Assembly (NCBI GenBank): GCA_048882505.1
Contig: JBHLRO010000022.1
Span: 30,001 to 62,000, forward strand
Direction: 5' to 3'
DNA from: Candidatus Thorarchaeota archaeon
Lineage (GTDB): Archaea > Asgardarchaeota > Heimdallarchaeia > Hodarchaeales > Hodarchaeaceae
Length of the DNA stretch: 32,000 nucleotides
The notes under the pieces were generated by a model. That model ran no database searches, was not told the DNA's origin, and was given only the letters and a program-made list of their open reading frames with translations. Both the position numbers and the translations under genes were made by a program. Position 1 is the first letter of the stretch. Each line of letters starts with the position of its first letter. Shown piece by piece: positions 1-8,586 of this stretch.

Positions 1-2
1 TA

Positions 3-665
3 AAAAACACGCCCAAGGAACAGGAGGAGGTTTTTTATCTCCTTGGCGAAAACTTAGATACCCTTAAGAGGAGTCCACATCTGGAACACTATAATAAACT
101 TGATCAAGAAGTTATCCTTTTTGATGAACCGGTTGATACTTTCGTTATGACTCATATAACAGAGTATAAGGACAAAAAGTTCAAACTAGTAGATCAAGCG
201 GAACCTGAACCCGAGTCTGAAGAAAAGAAGGAGGAGGAAGGCGAAACCAAGGAGAAGGAACCCGAAAAAGATAAACTATTATCAAAAATGCTCGAGGTAC
301 TGGGAGACAGAGTTGTTGACGTTCGTTACACAGATCTTTTAACTGAAAGCCCGTGTCGGCTTGTAAGTCCAAGTGGAACCGGGACATTCACGCGAATGCT
401 CAAGTATATGGACGAGAATTATATTCCCCAGAAGAAGATCCTTGAAATAAATCGTAATCATCCCTTAATAAAAGGGCTCGATCCTAAATCCCCTATGTTT
501 TCGCTAAAGACGTTTATGTTGCTGGAAGGTCAAGAATTGTTGGAGGGAATCTTACAGAATCCCACGGACATGGTCTCGCGAATTCATGAATTAATGATGA
601 CGAATGTCAGCTCACAGTTACAGGACAAGGGGAAGGCAGGAAAAAAGAAGTCAAAAAAGAAGTAA
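3..665 (+). CDS. htpG: Hsp90/HtpG chaperone, middle and C-terminal part (5'-truncated by the window edge)
   Basis: The frame is open from position 3, upstream of the Met at 147: KNTPKEQEEVFYLLGENLDTLKRSPHLEHYNKLDQEVILFDEPVDTFVMTHITEYKDKKF. This matches the Hsp90 'IYY.TGE...SP.LE......EVL...DP.DE......EY..K.L' segment. Later motifs are LTESPCRLV and KKILEINRNHPLIKGL. Confidence 0.93.
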   Translation, partial: KNTPKEQEEVFYLLGENLDTLKRSPHLEHYNKLDQEVILFDEPVDTFVMTHITEYKDKKFKLVDQAEPEPESEEKKEEEGETKEKEPEKDKLLSKMLEVLGDRVVDVRYTDLLTESPCRLVSPSGTGTFTRMLKYMDENYIPQKKILEINRNHPLIKGLDPKSPMFSLKTFMLLEGQELLEGILQNPTDMVSRIHELMMTNVSSQLQDKGKAGKKKSKKK

Positions 666-844
666 ACTGGCAATTTTATTACGCCTCCTGCAAAATACAC
701 CTCACCATAGTTTTCAGTCCAATTCCCATAAAAAAACTTCAACCGTGTACCAGGAATACAAGCTTCTTAATAGTGCGCCAAAATAAGTGGAAACAAGAAA
801 AGCTACTGTCATTTCCATTGTGATATGCCTATTTGGTCTAAGGA

Positions 845-2095
845 ATGGCTAATATGAGTGCAGAGAACTACGATGTCTTACTTATTGTGATCTTCGAGAT
901 TGGAGCAGTTATAGTTTTCTCATTGTTGACTGCGAACATTTTGGGGAAGCGGGGAATTCCTCAAGTTTTGGGTTTGATTATCGGGGGTTTAGCGCTCCAA
1001 TTCATAGCTGTAACGGGATTTCCTTCACCTCCAACACCAGAAATTCATTTCATTATTACCACCTTTGCCCTCGGATTGATCGGATATCAGATCGGGGCGA
1101 ACTTAGATCTTTACAAACTGCGAGAGGCTTCTTGGGGTTTACCGTTAATTCTTTTGGGAGAAGCAATTGGAAGTTTGATCGCTGTCACGGTCGTTATGGT
1201 AATTATATTTCAAGATTTCATATTGGCTATACTATTGGGGACAATATCTATGGCTACCGCGCCCGCTTCTACATCCGAGGTAATACGTGAATATAAAGCC
1301 CATGGGTCTCTCAGTCAAACCGTTCTTTTTGTTGTAGCCTTTGATAACATCATAGCAATCATTTTTTTCAGCTTTGCTTTCGTTTCAGCTGAAGCTTTCT
1401 ATTCCTCCTCTGACTTATCCATATTTGATGCACTATTGCCTGTTGCCTGGGAAATTGGGGGAGCTGTAATTTTGGGAATTTTAATTGCGTTAATGATGCG
1501 TCCCATTCATATTGAAGGAGTGGAGGTATATCGAAGCGCAGAATATGTCTTTCCTGCAATTTTGATTTGTATTGCGCTTGCGGGGCTATTAGATTTTTCC
1601 GTAATGCTTAGTTGTATCGTTCTAGGGCTGACATTAAGTAATATGGCTCATTGTGAAGACATGGACTGCGTTAGATCAGTGGAACGGCTTAGTCAGCCTC
1701 TAATTGCCCTATTTTTCATTCTCGTGGGTTTTGAAATGGATTTAGCTCTACTGGTAACGCCTACCTTTGTCGGAATTCTTTTATACTTCCTCTCGCGCGC
1801 TGGAGGGAAATCATTGGGTGCTTATGCCAGTGCGAGGATTTCCAATCAACCAGAAAAAGTAACGACAAATTTACCTCTTACTCTCTATACGCAAGCCGGA
1901 GTAGCTCTCGGACTGGTTGCATTTGCATACTCAAGGTTGTCTGATATTGGAACAATCGAGGCAACTAGTGCCGCGCATCTTTTATTAGATATCATTATCG
2001 TCAGCGTGCTACTGGCTGAGCTGGTGGGTCCACTATTCATTAAGAAAGCTTTGTTTAGATCTGGAGAGGCAAAAGATTCGATTAATTCTGTTTAA
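845..2095 (+). CDS. Cation:proton antiporter (Na_H_Exchanger / CPA2-like)
   Basis: About 12-13 hydrophobic helices. Family motifs: ATAPASTSEVIREY, VVAFDNII, FFILVGFEMD, GKSLGAY, QAGVALGL, ELVGP. Confidence 0.85.
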   Translation: MANMSAENYDVLLIVIFEIGAVIVFSLLTANILGKRGIPQVLGLIIGGLALQFIAVTGFPSPPTPEIHFIITTFALGLIGYQIGANLDLYKLREASWGLPLILLGEAIGSLIAVTVVMVIIFQDFILAILLGTISMATAPASTSEVIREYKAHGSLSQTVLFVVAFDNIIAIIFFSFAFVSAEAFYSSSDLSIFDALLPVAWEIGGAVILGILIALMMRPIHIEGVEVYRSAEYVFPAILICIALAGLLDFSVMLSCIVLGLTLSNMAHCEDMDCVRSVERLSQPLIALFFILVGFEMDLALLVTPTFVGILLYFLSRAGGKSLGAYASARISNQPEKVTTNLPLTLYTQAGVALGLVAFAYSRLSDIGTIEATSAAHLLLDIIIVSVLLAELVGPLFIKKALFRSGEAKDSINSV

Positions 2096-2109
2096 AATTA
2101 TGCATCTAC

Positions 2110-2868
2110 TTAGAAGATCCTTTCGAAATTGATCGAAAAACCGATTTTTCTTAGTGATTTTAGAAATGTGGCAGCTTCATCTATCTCTGTTGTCTTATAA
2201 CTTGCAACAACCGCGGGAATCAAGCCTGCGCCCGCAGATTTTATTAATTTAGCTGGCGTTGATTTTGTTTGATTCAGTCTCTCTTCAATAATCTGTTTTC
2301 TTATCAAACTGGTCCTATCAATAAAACTCAGAATAAGGACTCCATATCGCTGTGGTTTGTCCTCCCCAATTTTAACATCGGGCCTCCTTTCCTCCTTTTC
2401 TCCTCCAGAGAAGACTCCCTTAAGCGTTTCCTGAATCTTACTTCCCGTTTTTAGTGCTAGATCTGATAGCTGGTCAATTCCACGAATAAATCCATCAACT
2501 ATCCCTGACGACTGCCCTTTACCATCAAAAAATAGCGTTTGATAAACAATTTCGTAGAATCTAGGTTCATAGATCATGTTGTATCTAGGTGGATAACCTA
2601 CTTGGTCTTTTATCAATCGATAAGCGAACGAACCGCCAGGAATAAGTGAAAGAAGAGCAGAGAATGTTGATTCTAGGGCAACAATTTTGGCTACTTCTAC
2701 GAGGCCTTCTATATTTTGTTTATTGATCCAAAAACAACGGCCCTTTTTATCCACCAATCCTCCTACTAGATAACCCTGGAATACTTCTAAAACAGTGCAG
2801 TCTTTGAACCCTAACATTTGACGGGCAAAATCACGAATCTTTAGCTCCTCTTGCTCATTGAAGCTCAT
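2110..2868 (-). CDS. Hypothetical protein; C-terminal ~80 aa has an L7/L12-CTD/ClpS-like pattern
   Basis: 252-aa ORF ending convergently 14 bp from the antiporter. The domain guess rests only on the secondary-structure pattern. Confidence 0.65.
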   Translation of the reverse strand: MSFNEQEELKIRDFARQMLGFKDCTVLEVFQGYLVGGLVDKKGRCFWINKQNIEGLVEVAKIVALESTFSALLSLIPGGSFAYRLIKDQVGYPPRYNMIYEPRFYEIVYQTLFFDGKGQSSGIVDGFIRGIDQLSDLALKTGSKIQETLKGVFSGGEKEERRPDVKIGEDKPQRYGVLILSFIDRTSLIRKQIIEERLNQTKSTPAKLIKSAGAGLIPAVVASYKTTEIDEAATFLKSLRKIGFSINFERIF

Positions 2869-2897
2869 TTAAAACCCATGGAGCCATTAATAAGTTC

Positions 2898-2920
2898 CCC
2901 CATTAAAAGTTTTAATGGGG
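2898..2920. promoter_or_regulatory. Perfect inverted repeat (operator or terminator hairpin)
   Basis: CCCCATTAAAA-G-TTTTAATGGGG: 11-bp arms, 30 nt upstream of the 2868 start codon. Confidence 0.35.
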
Positions 2921-2998
2921 AATAGCAGTGCCTCTTCAATTTTCCATTGATTGATGGTAGATTATCCTACCTTTGGAGCCTCTCTTGAACCTGAAAGG

Positions 2999-3317
2999 CT
3001 ATTTTTTTGCAACCAATTTAGCAAATTTATATTGTTTGGTCCCTTGTGCGGGTACGGCTATTAAAGCGTTACTACCCGCCGCCTATATAACAATAAATCC
3101 CTCTGTTCCGCGTATCATTATCTCCTCCATGTCTCCCCTTTCGGGAGGTTTAACAGCACGTTATGAAATACTTAAAGAAACCGCCGCCAAAGCAGATGCT
3201 ATGCGTTCACCGTCCACAAAAGTAGAAGCTAATGGAGGTTTGTCCTGTTATAAAACTTTAATTGATACCATTCTCTGCAATTTTCCTTGTTACCCCCCTG
3301 AGTAATGTGGAGAGCTC
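2999..3317 (-). pseudogene. Roadblock/LC7 (MglB-like) pseudogene
   Basis: Minus-strand translation: ELSTLLRGVTRKIAENGIN*SFITGQ, then a frameshift near 3243, then PPLASTFVDGERIASALAAVSLSIS*RAVKPPERGDMEEIMIRGTEGFIVI*AAGSNALIAVPA. This follows the roadblock consensus. Stops at 3260-3258, 3163-3161 and 3085-3083. Confidence 0.65.
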
Positions 3318-3636
3318 CTATAATGAAGTACGACGTTCTTGATCGGCGAGTATGACCAGTTTCTTCTCGAGGTATGGTGAGGAGCGTTAAGAAAAACATA
3401 TCTGGAGAAGGTATCCGTCAAAAGCCTATTGTTCGTTTTATTAGTGATGCCACAAATTAAACACTTGTATCGTGAAATACCACCTCACATTAGTATAGCA
3501 GACCTATTAGGAGCCGCCCACTCCTTCAACCAATTAAGAAAACTATTTAACCCTTGTAAGAGAGTTCGATCCTCAGTTTTCCGAGAAAGCCCGTAAACCG
3601 TGATAATTCCTCTCCTATTCCACGCTTTCTAGAATA

Positions 3637-5235
3637 ATGTCTAAGACCGTATGGACAATGACAGTAGATAGCCAAGATGACGCAATTCAAATCCTTTATT
3701 TCAAGGGTGAACACTGTGCCCCGTGTAAACCCGTGGAGAAGCATTTGAAACGGATAGTTGAAACAAGTCAAGGGAAAGCCCTTATGACGACCATCGACAC
3801 GGATGAACATGCTGAAATTGCTTCTCGATACGGCGTCAAACAGGTTCCACACGTCTTATTCAATGAGGAGATAGTGCTAACTGCAGGGCAAGCCAGTGGA
3901 ATGGTGGGCTTTGGTGAATTTGACCAGTATGACTTATTCAATTACCTATTTAACAAGCTGATTGAGGCTGGGGTCAAAGCAAGCGAAGCAGAACGAGATC
4001 GCTGGCGAAAATTGTCGATTATCACAGTGTCTGAACGGTTGATAAATGTAGAAGAAAGTGGTATTGTAACAAGACCCTCAGTAGGAGATTATGTTCATAT
4101 TGGGCATCTTCAATCAATCGTAACGTCTTTACTAGCTATCAATCCTTCCGCCAAAACATACCTATTTCGCGCGGGAGAGATGGCCGGAAAATTCGGCGCA
4201 GCGCAATCTTGGCTCGGACGCTATAACCCGAACATTATGTCCACCAATCGGATGGGTGACCGATTCAAGGAGGTTTTGAAAGGTTTTCGAGTTCTTTACG
4301 GTAAGAATCCCATGGAATCAAAGGTAGCGTCGGAGTTGAACTACACCCAATCCTCTCCATATCACGCCACGCTTAAGATCATGGGTTCTGCTCATGCCGT
4401 TCGGAACTCCGAAATTGGGCAAGATGTTTGTGGGTTCTTGGCCGGGGAGATTTCAGGATTGCTAGAAGTCACCTTGGGAGAAAAAGCGGCGGTAGTTGAG
4501 ACTAAATGTTGGGGCCTTGGACATGACCATTGTGAATTCGATATACGGCTGAATGAAAACTCAGATCACTATTTAGTTCCCTTCTCCAATGCCAAGGAAT
4601 TTTTTGGAACAGATGACCGTCTTCGATTCGAGCTATCCCTCGCTGAAATCTCGAGAAATATGTTTGATTCGATCTTACGTCGTCCTTACGGACTTTTGCG
4701 ACCAGATATTGGAGATTACATCCATATTTCCTCTCTCCAACATATTCTGACCTCATTGAAATTCTCAGATCCTTTCAATTCTACACTCCTCTCCTATGCA
4801 GGATTACATTATGGACAAATACTGGAGGATGTAGGTATTATTTCAAGGATTATGACACGCCGCAATCTCAAATATTCTTTTCCCATGGAATTTGATCAGG
4901 CATGTGAGGTTCTTGGATATTACTTTAGCACACCTGGAATGATATATGCTCGTATCCACGCAGATATGACTGTTGAGATGAAGGATGACGAAACAGCGAT
5001 CTTTAAAATGTGGGAGAGCGCTGCCACTTCTGGTATTGATCTTTCAACCGTTGATTTATCGGCACTATTCCCTGGAACGGAAAAACCTGCTACCATAAAC
5101 ACGTTGGATGATTTCATGGCAGGTTTTATCAACGGTCGTTTGGATTTATTGGTGGAGGAAGATGTGATTGTTCATGAAGCACGTTGTCAGGCTAGCGGGC
5201 ACCCGTATTGCGAATTCGTAGCGGAACTAGACTGA
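3637..5235 (+). CDS. Thioredoxin-like domain fused to two V4R (4-vinyl reductase) domains
   Basis: N-terminal YFKGEHCAPC (CxxC) and cis-Pro motif VKQVPHVLF. Two repeats: RPSVGDYVHI...CGFLAGEISG...ETKCWGLGHDHCEF and RPDIGDYIHI...DFMAGFING...EARCQASGHPYCEF. Confidence 0.85.
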   Translation: MSKTVWTMTVDSQDDAIQILYFKGEHCAPCKPVEKHLKRIVETSQGKALMTTIDTDEHAEIASRYGVKQVPHVLFNEEIVLTAGQASGMVGFGEFDQYDLFNYLFNKLIEAGVKASEAERDRWRKLSIITVSERLINVEESGIVTRPSVGDYVHIGHLQSIVTSLLAINPSAKTYLFRAGEMAGKFGAAQSWLGRYNPNIMSTNRMGDRFKEVLKGFRVLYGKNPMESKVASELNYTQSSPYHATLKIMGSAHAVRNSEIGQDVCGFLAGEISGLLEVTLGEKAAVVETKCWGLGHDHCEFDIRLNENSDHYLVPFSNAKEFFGTDDRLRFELSLAEISRNMFDSILRRPYGLLRPDIGDYIHISSLQHILTSLKFSDPFNSTLLSYAGLHYGQILEDVGIISRIMTRRNLKYSFPMEFDQACEVLGYYFSTPGMIYARIHADMTVEMKDDETAIFKMWESAATSGIDLSTVDLSALFPGTEKPATINTLDDFMAGFINGRLDLLVEEDVIVHEARCQASGHPYCEFVAELD

Positions 5236-6489
5236 CGATGCTTCAGCCGACCGAATCTCCCGATTTGGAGAATCATCTGTAAGGGCCCGTATCGAGGAAA
5301 CCGCGAGGATTCCCAACCCTAGGATGCATAACAACGCGGAAATCGCAAAAAATGGATTTTCTGTTATTTTTGAATATGCTTCAATAGACCAAAGAAGCGA
5401 CCACCAGATTTCTCCTATGTAAACCATTGTAAGACCGCCGACCAAGCCTAAAAGTGCGTAGTCAGACCAAAGCGCAATCTCAGTTTCCTTATCCTTTTTG
5501 ATTCTAAGAACGAGCATAATGGAATAGAATGCAAAGAAAAATGGAATATAATGAGGGTATAGGATACGATTAAACATCAGAAATATAGTCATCAAAGGGA
5601 CAACCGTCTCCAAAATCCATCGTTGGGAAATCACAGGTGATCGAATGACAAGATACATGAGACAAATCGTGAGCAATGTGAACTGAATTAAAAATGGAAG
5701 TAATGTGGTCGAAAATTCGGTGAAAAAATAGGTATATAATGACATACTGGGATCTGGTCGGGTCGCGTGAATCAGAAAGACATCCTCTATATATTGTGAG
5801 GGAGCAAGAATTAGGAAAGGAAAGGAGACCATAAGAAATAATGCCCCTGCAATTCCCCAGGTCCACAGAACCTGCCATTTCCGTGCTCGAATCCCCCATA
5901 CCAAAAGAGGAAGCATATATATACCTGCTGTTGGTTTGGTTAGCAGTGCAAGACCAAATCCCACACCGCCTAGTATGTAATTGTCATTCAAAATAGCAAT
6001 AAACGCCATTAAAACAAAGATGAGCATAAAACCTTCGTGATAACCTCCGAAGACAACTCCTAGCGTTGCTGGATTTAGCAAAAACCAATTCATGGCTAGA
6101 AGGGAAACAGTTCGACTTTGAGGGATATTTTCGGTAATTTTAGACACAAGAAGATAAAGTAAAACTCCGTTAATTAGGTTACAGATTATTAAAAATATTT
6201 TAACTCCTTGCCATGTAACGTTTTCGACCCCCACTATGCCCATCAATGCTGCCAAGGTGTATAAATAGAGCGGTGGATACTGTGGCCTAGGAAGACGCTT
6301 CCCTTCCAATACTATGGCGCCTATGTCACGGTAAAGGAGTTTACCTCTCGAAATTTCCTTCGCCGCTTCAAATTGAAGAACAAAATCCACTGGATTAAAA
6401 TATAAGAGCCCTACCACCAAGTGTACAAGTAAATTTACAAAAAACGAAACCTTAACTCGCTGTAAATGATTCATATTGCTCAGAAACAT
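5227..6489 (-). CDS. GT-C fold polytopic glycosyltransferase (GT87/DUF2029/PIG-M-like mannosyltransferase)
   Basis: About 11 TM segments, a first loop with LLYRD...QYPPLYLY, then WFLLNP, GLALLTKP...LPLL, and a C-terminal RILYPHY. Confidence 0.72.
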   Translation of the reverse strand: MFLSNMNHLQRVKVSFFVNLLVHLVVGLLYFNPVDFVLQFEAAKEISRGKLLYRDIGAIVLEGKRLPRPQYPPLYLYTLAALMGIVGVENVTWQGVKIFLIICNLINGVLLYLLVSKITENIPQSRTVSLLAMNWFLLNPATLGVVFGGYHEGFMLIFVLMAFIAILNDNYILGGVGFGLALLTKPTAGIYMLPLLVWGIRARKWQVLWTWGIAGALFLMVSFPFLILAPSQYIEDVFLIHATRPDPSMSLYTYFFTEFSTTLLPFLIQFTLLTICLMYLVIRSPVISQRWILETVVPLMTIFLMFNRILYPHYIPFFFAFYSIMLVLRIKKDKETEIALWSDYALLGLVGGLTMVYIGEIWWSLLWSIEAYSKITENPFFAISALLCILGLGILAVSSIRALTDDSPNREIRSAEASSV

Positions 6490-6880
6490 ATAGTTCCCTG
6501 TCTTTGTAAAAGAGTACTAGAAGGATCAGGACATTTCGAAAATAAACTATATCCCGACTTATATCGCTTTTCAGGAAAAAGCCCTGCTTATCATATGTAT
6601 CGTATTATCCACCAATTAGTATGGAGGTTGTACCTAAGGCGCGTGTGGTCCATTGGTGGAGCTGATTAGCTATTTTCTTTTCGGGTTTCATCAACTAGCT
6701 TGAAAAACAGGAAGGTGTACTCGGAAATGACAAAATACTAGGAAAATTTTTCGCTTACGTGTATTCTGGTGCAGCTGGGAATATGTGAATCCGTCCACCA
6801 GCGGTGAGGTTATTAAATGTTCTCTTTATAAGATCAAGATCAGTGAATATACGGCACCGAAAAGATAGGCGAATTCCTGG

Positions 6881-8242
6881 TTAAGCCGCTTCTCCGTACA
6901 GTCGTTTAATCCTACTACGCCAAGGTAGGAACTCATCGGGACTTCTTGGATAATTTTCATAGAGATCCCTGGCATTGTTCATTCTGTTAAGGATTCCTCG
7001 AAATTTGAGAAGCGTTCCCAGCATAGTTCTGCCACGCCATATTCGTCCGAGGTTCTTTGTGAAGCTGCCACCAGATAGTTGCCCCGTTGCATTACCATAT
7101 AGAAGATCGTCCTCTTGTAGGATCCGTTTATGAAAAACTTTATTTATGAGTTCACTGGGCATCGGAACAATGAAATCTTTCATAATTGCTAATGGGGCCG
7201 TTACAGGGGCAATGGTTGTCATAAACTCGACACTGTAATCCCATAGCCCATTCTGTGAGACATCCCCATTTTCTAATGCTTTAGTAATAGTTTTTGTTGC
7301 CATTGCCGCAGCATTGACACTTATTCCTATTCCCCCGCCATCAGTGGGTTTAACTTGAGTCCCCGCATCGCCTATCAACATAAAACCGTTCCAAACCAAA
7401 TTATCCTGTGGTCGTCTTAAAGGAACCGGCCAACCTCCACCATGTATGATCTCAGAGTCCTTGTAAAATCCTTTGACGGACTCCATGAATACTTGAAATT
7501 GTTTTTGCGGACTCAAATTGTTGATTTTCATTACTCCTAATCCGACATTCATACTCTTGGGCCCTCGTGGAAACTCCCAAATATATCCTCCGGGACAGAT
7601 TTCTTGATCGAACATTAGACGTATGAATTCAGGAGATTCAATTTCTGTTTCCGTGTCCCGAAGTTCCCGGTAACATTTACAGACATCTTTTGGATCCAAG
7701 AACCGATCCATATAGGTTTTTTCTGGATCTAAATTTCTCCTGAGGAAGGCGTTTATCCCCGTGGCGTCTATTGTAACTTTTGCAAAGTCTTCCTTAAGCG
7801 TACTATCTTTTTCTCGATATCGAATCCCGATTACACTATCCTTTTCCACAATGGGCTCCTTAACCCTAGTATCATCAATGAGCTCGGCCCCATAGTCCAT
7901 GGCCGTTTCTAATGTACGCATGCCCATTTTAAAGCGATCAAGGATGACACCCGTGCTATTTTTTTCGACGAGTTCAAGTTTTACTTCTCTGTCGGGGGAA
8001 TATAGCCAGGCCCCTTTAACCCGTTGAAGGATTTCATCTCCTTTCGGAGGAGAAACCCCTATTATCGATTCAATCTTTTTAAAATGATCAAGACTCGAAG
8101 CGTCACCACAGATTTTGACACCGATATCATCTTTAGGTAATCGATCATAAAGAGCGACCTTTAGCCCATGATGCGCCAGTCCAGCCGCCGCTACAGAACC
8201 CGCGGTGCCCGCACCAGCAACTATAACGTCGTAATTGGTCAT
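6881..8242 (-). CDS. Geranylgeranyl reductase family FAD oxidoreductase (digeranylgeranylglycerophospholipid reductase-like)
   Basis: YDVIVAGAGTAG, KICGD, PGGYIWEFP, IGDAGTQVKPTDGGGIG. Start moved to the ATG at 8242, just before the Rossmann motif. Confidence 0.88.
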   Translation of the reverse strand: MTNYDVIVAGAGTAGSVAAAGLAHHGLKVALYDRLPKDDIGVKICGDASSLDHFKKIESIIGVSPPKGDEILQRVKGAWLYSPDREVKLELVEKNSTGVILDRFKMGMRTLETAMDYGAELIDDTRVKEPIVEKDSVIGIRYREKDSTLKEDFAKVTIDATGINAFLRRNLDPEKTYMDRFLDPKDVCKCYRELRDTETEIESPEFIRLMFDQEICPGGYIWEFPRGPKSMNVGLGVMKINNLSPQKQFQVFMESVKGFYKDSEIIHGGGWPVPLRRPQDNLVWNGFMLIGDAGTQVKPTDGGGIGISVNAAAMATKTITKALENGDVSQNGLWDYSVEFMTTIAPVTAPLAIMKDFIVPMPSELINKVFHKRILQEDDLLYGNATGQLSGGSFTKNLGRIWRGRTMLGTLLKFRGILNRMNNARDLYENYPRSPDEFLPWRSRIKRLYGEAA

Positions 8243-8586
8243 TTTCCTCACGTTAAACATGATGAATGGGATCTTATCAATTGCGCTGCATGAATTTAGT
8301 ATAATCAAAAACCACGATGAAAGAACCTAGATAATGGACCGAAATTTCTTCTCAGGTCAATATATTATCCAAACTCTCTGACTAAGCATGCTGCAATTAA
8401 ACGTGGATCTCCCTGGACTTCCTGAGAAAAATCTCTCTGAATTTTCTTTAAGATTCTAATTCATTGGTTCGCCTTGTTAAAATTGCATTCTCACCGATGC
8501 GAGAAACGAAAAATAACGTAAATAATTTGATTACGATGTGTACACGTTCAACTTTTATCTACAGTAATGACAAGAAGAGTTCACCC

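Noticed and set aside
2973-3305. 110-aa plus-strand ORF in the track
   Set aside because: It is the antisense shadow of the roadblock pseudogene; no motif of its own.
3290-3490. Minus-strand ATG-TGA followed by 64 open codons with YKCLICG (possible zinc finger or Sec readthrough)
   Set aside because: Only one CxxC, the stop falls at codon 2, it overlaps the roadblock remnant, and I recognised no SECIS. Insufficient support.
8464-8586. 41-aa N-terminal extension of the CuA-d1 ORF from TTG 8464
   Set aside because: Polar and non-homologous. ATG 8587 places the TM anchor at the N-terminus.
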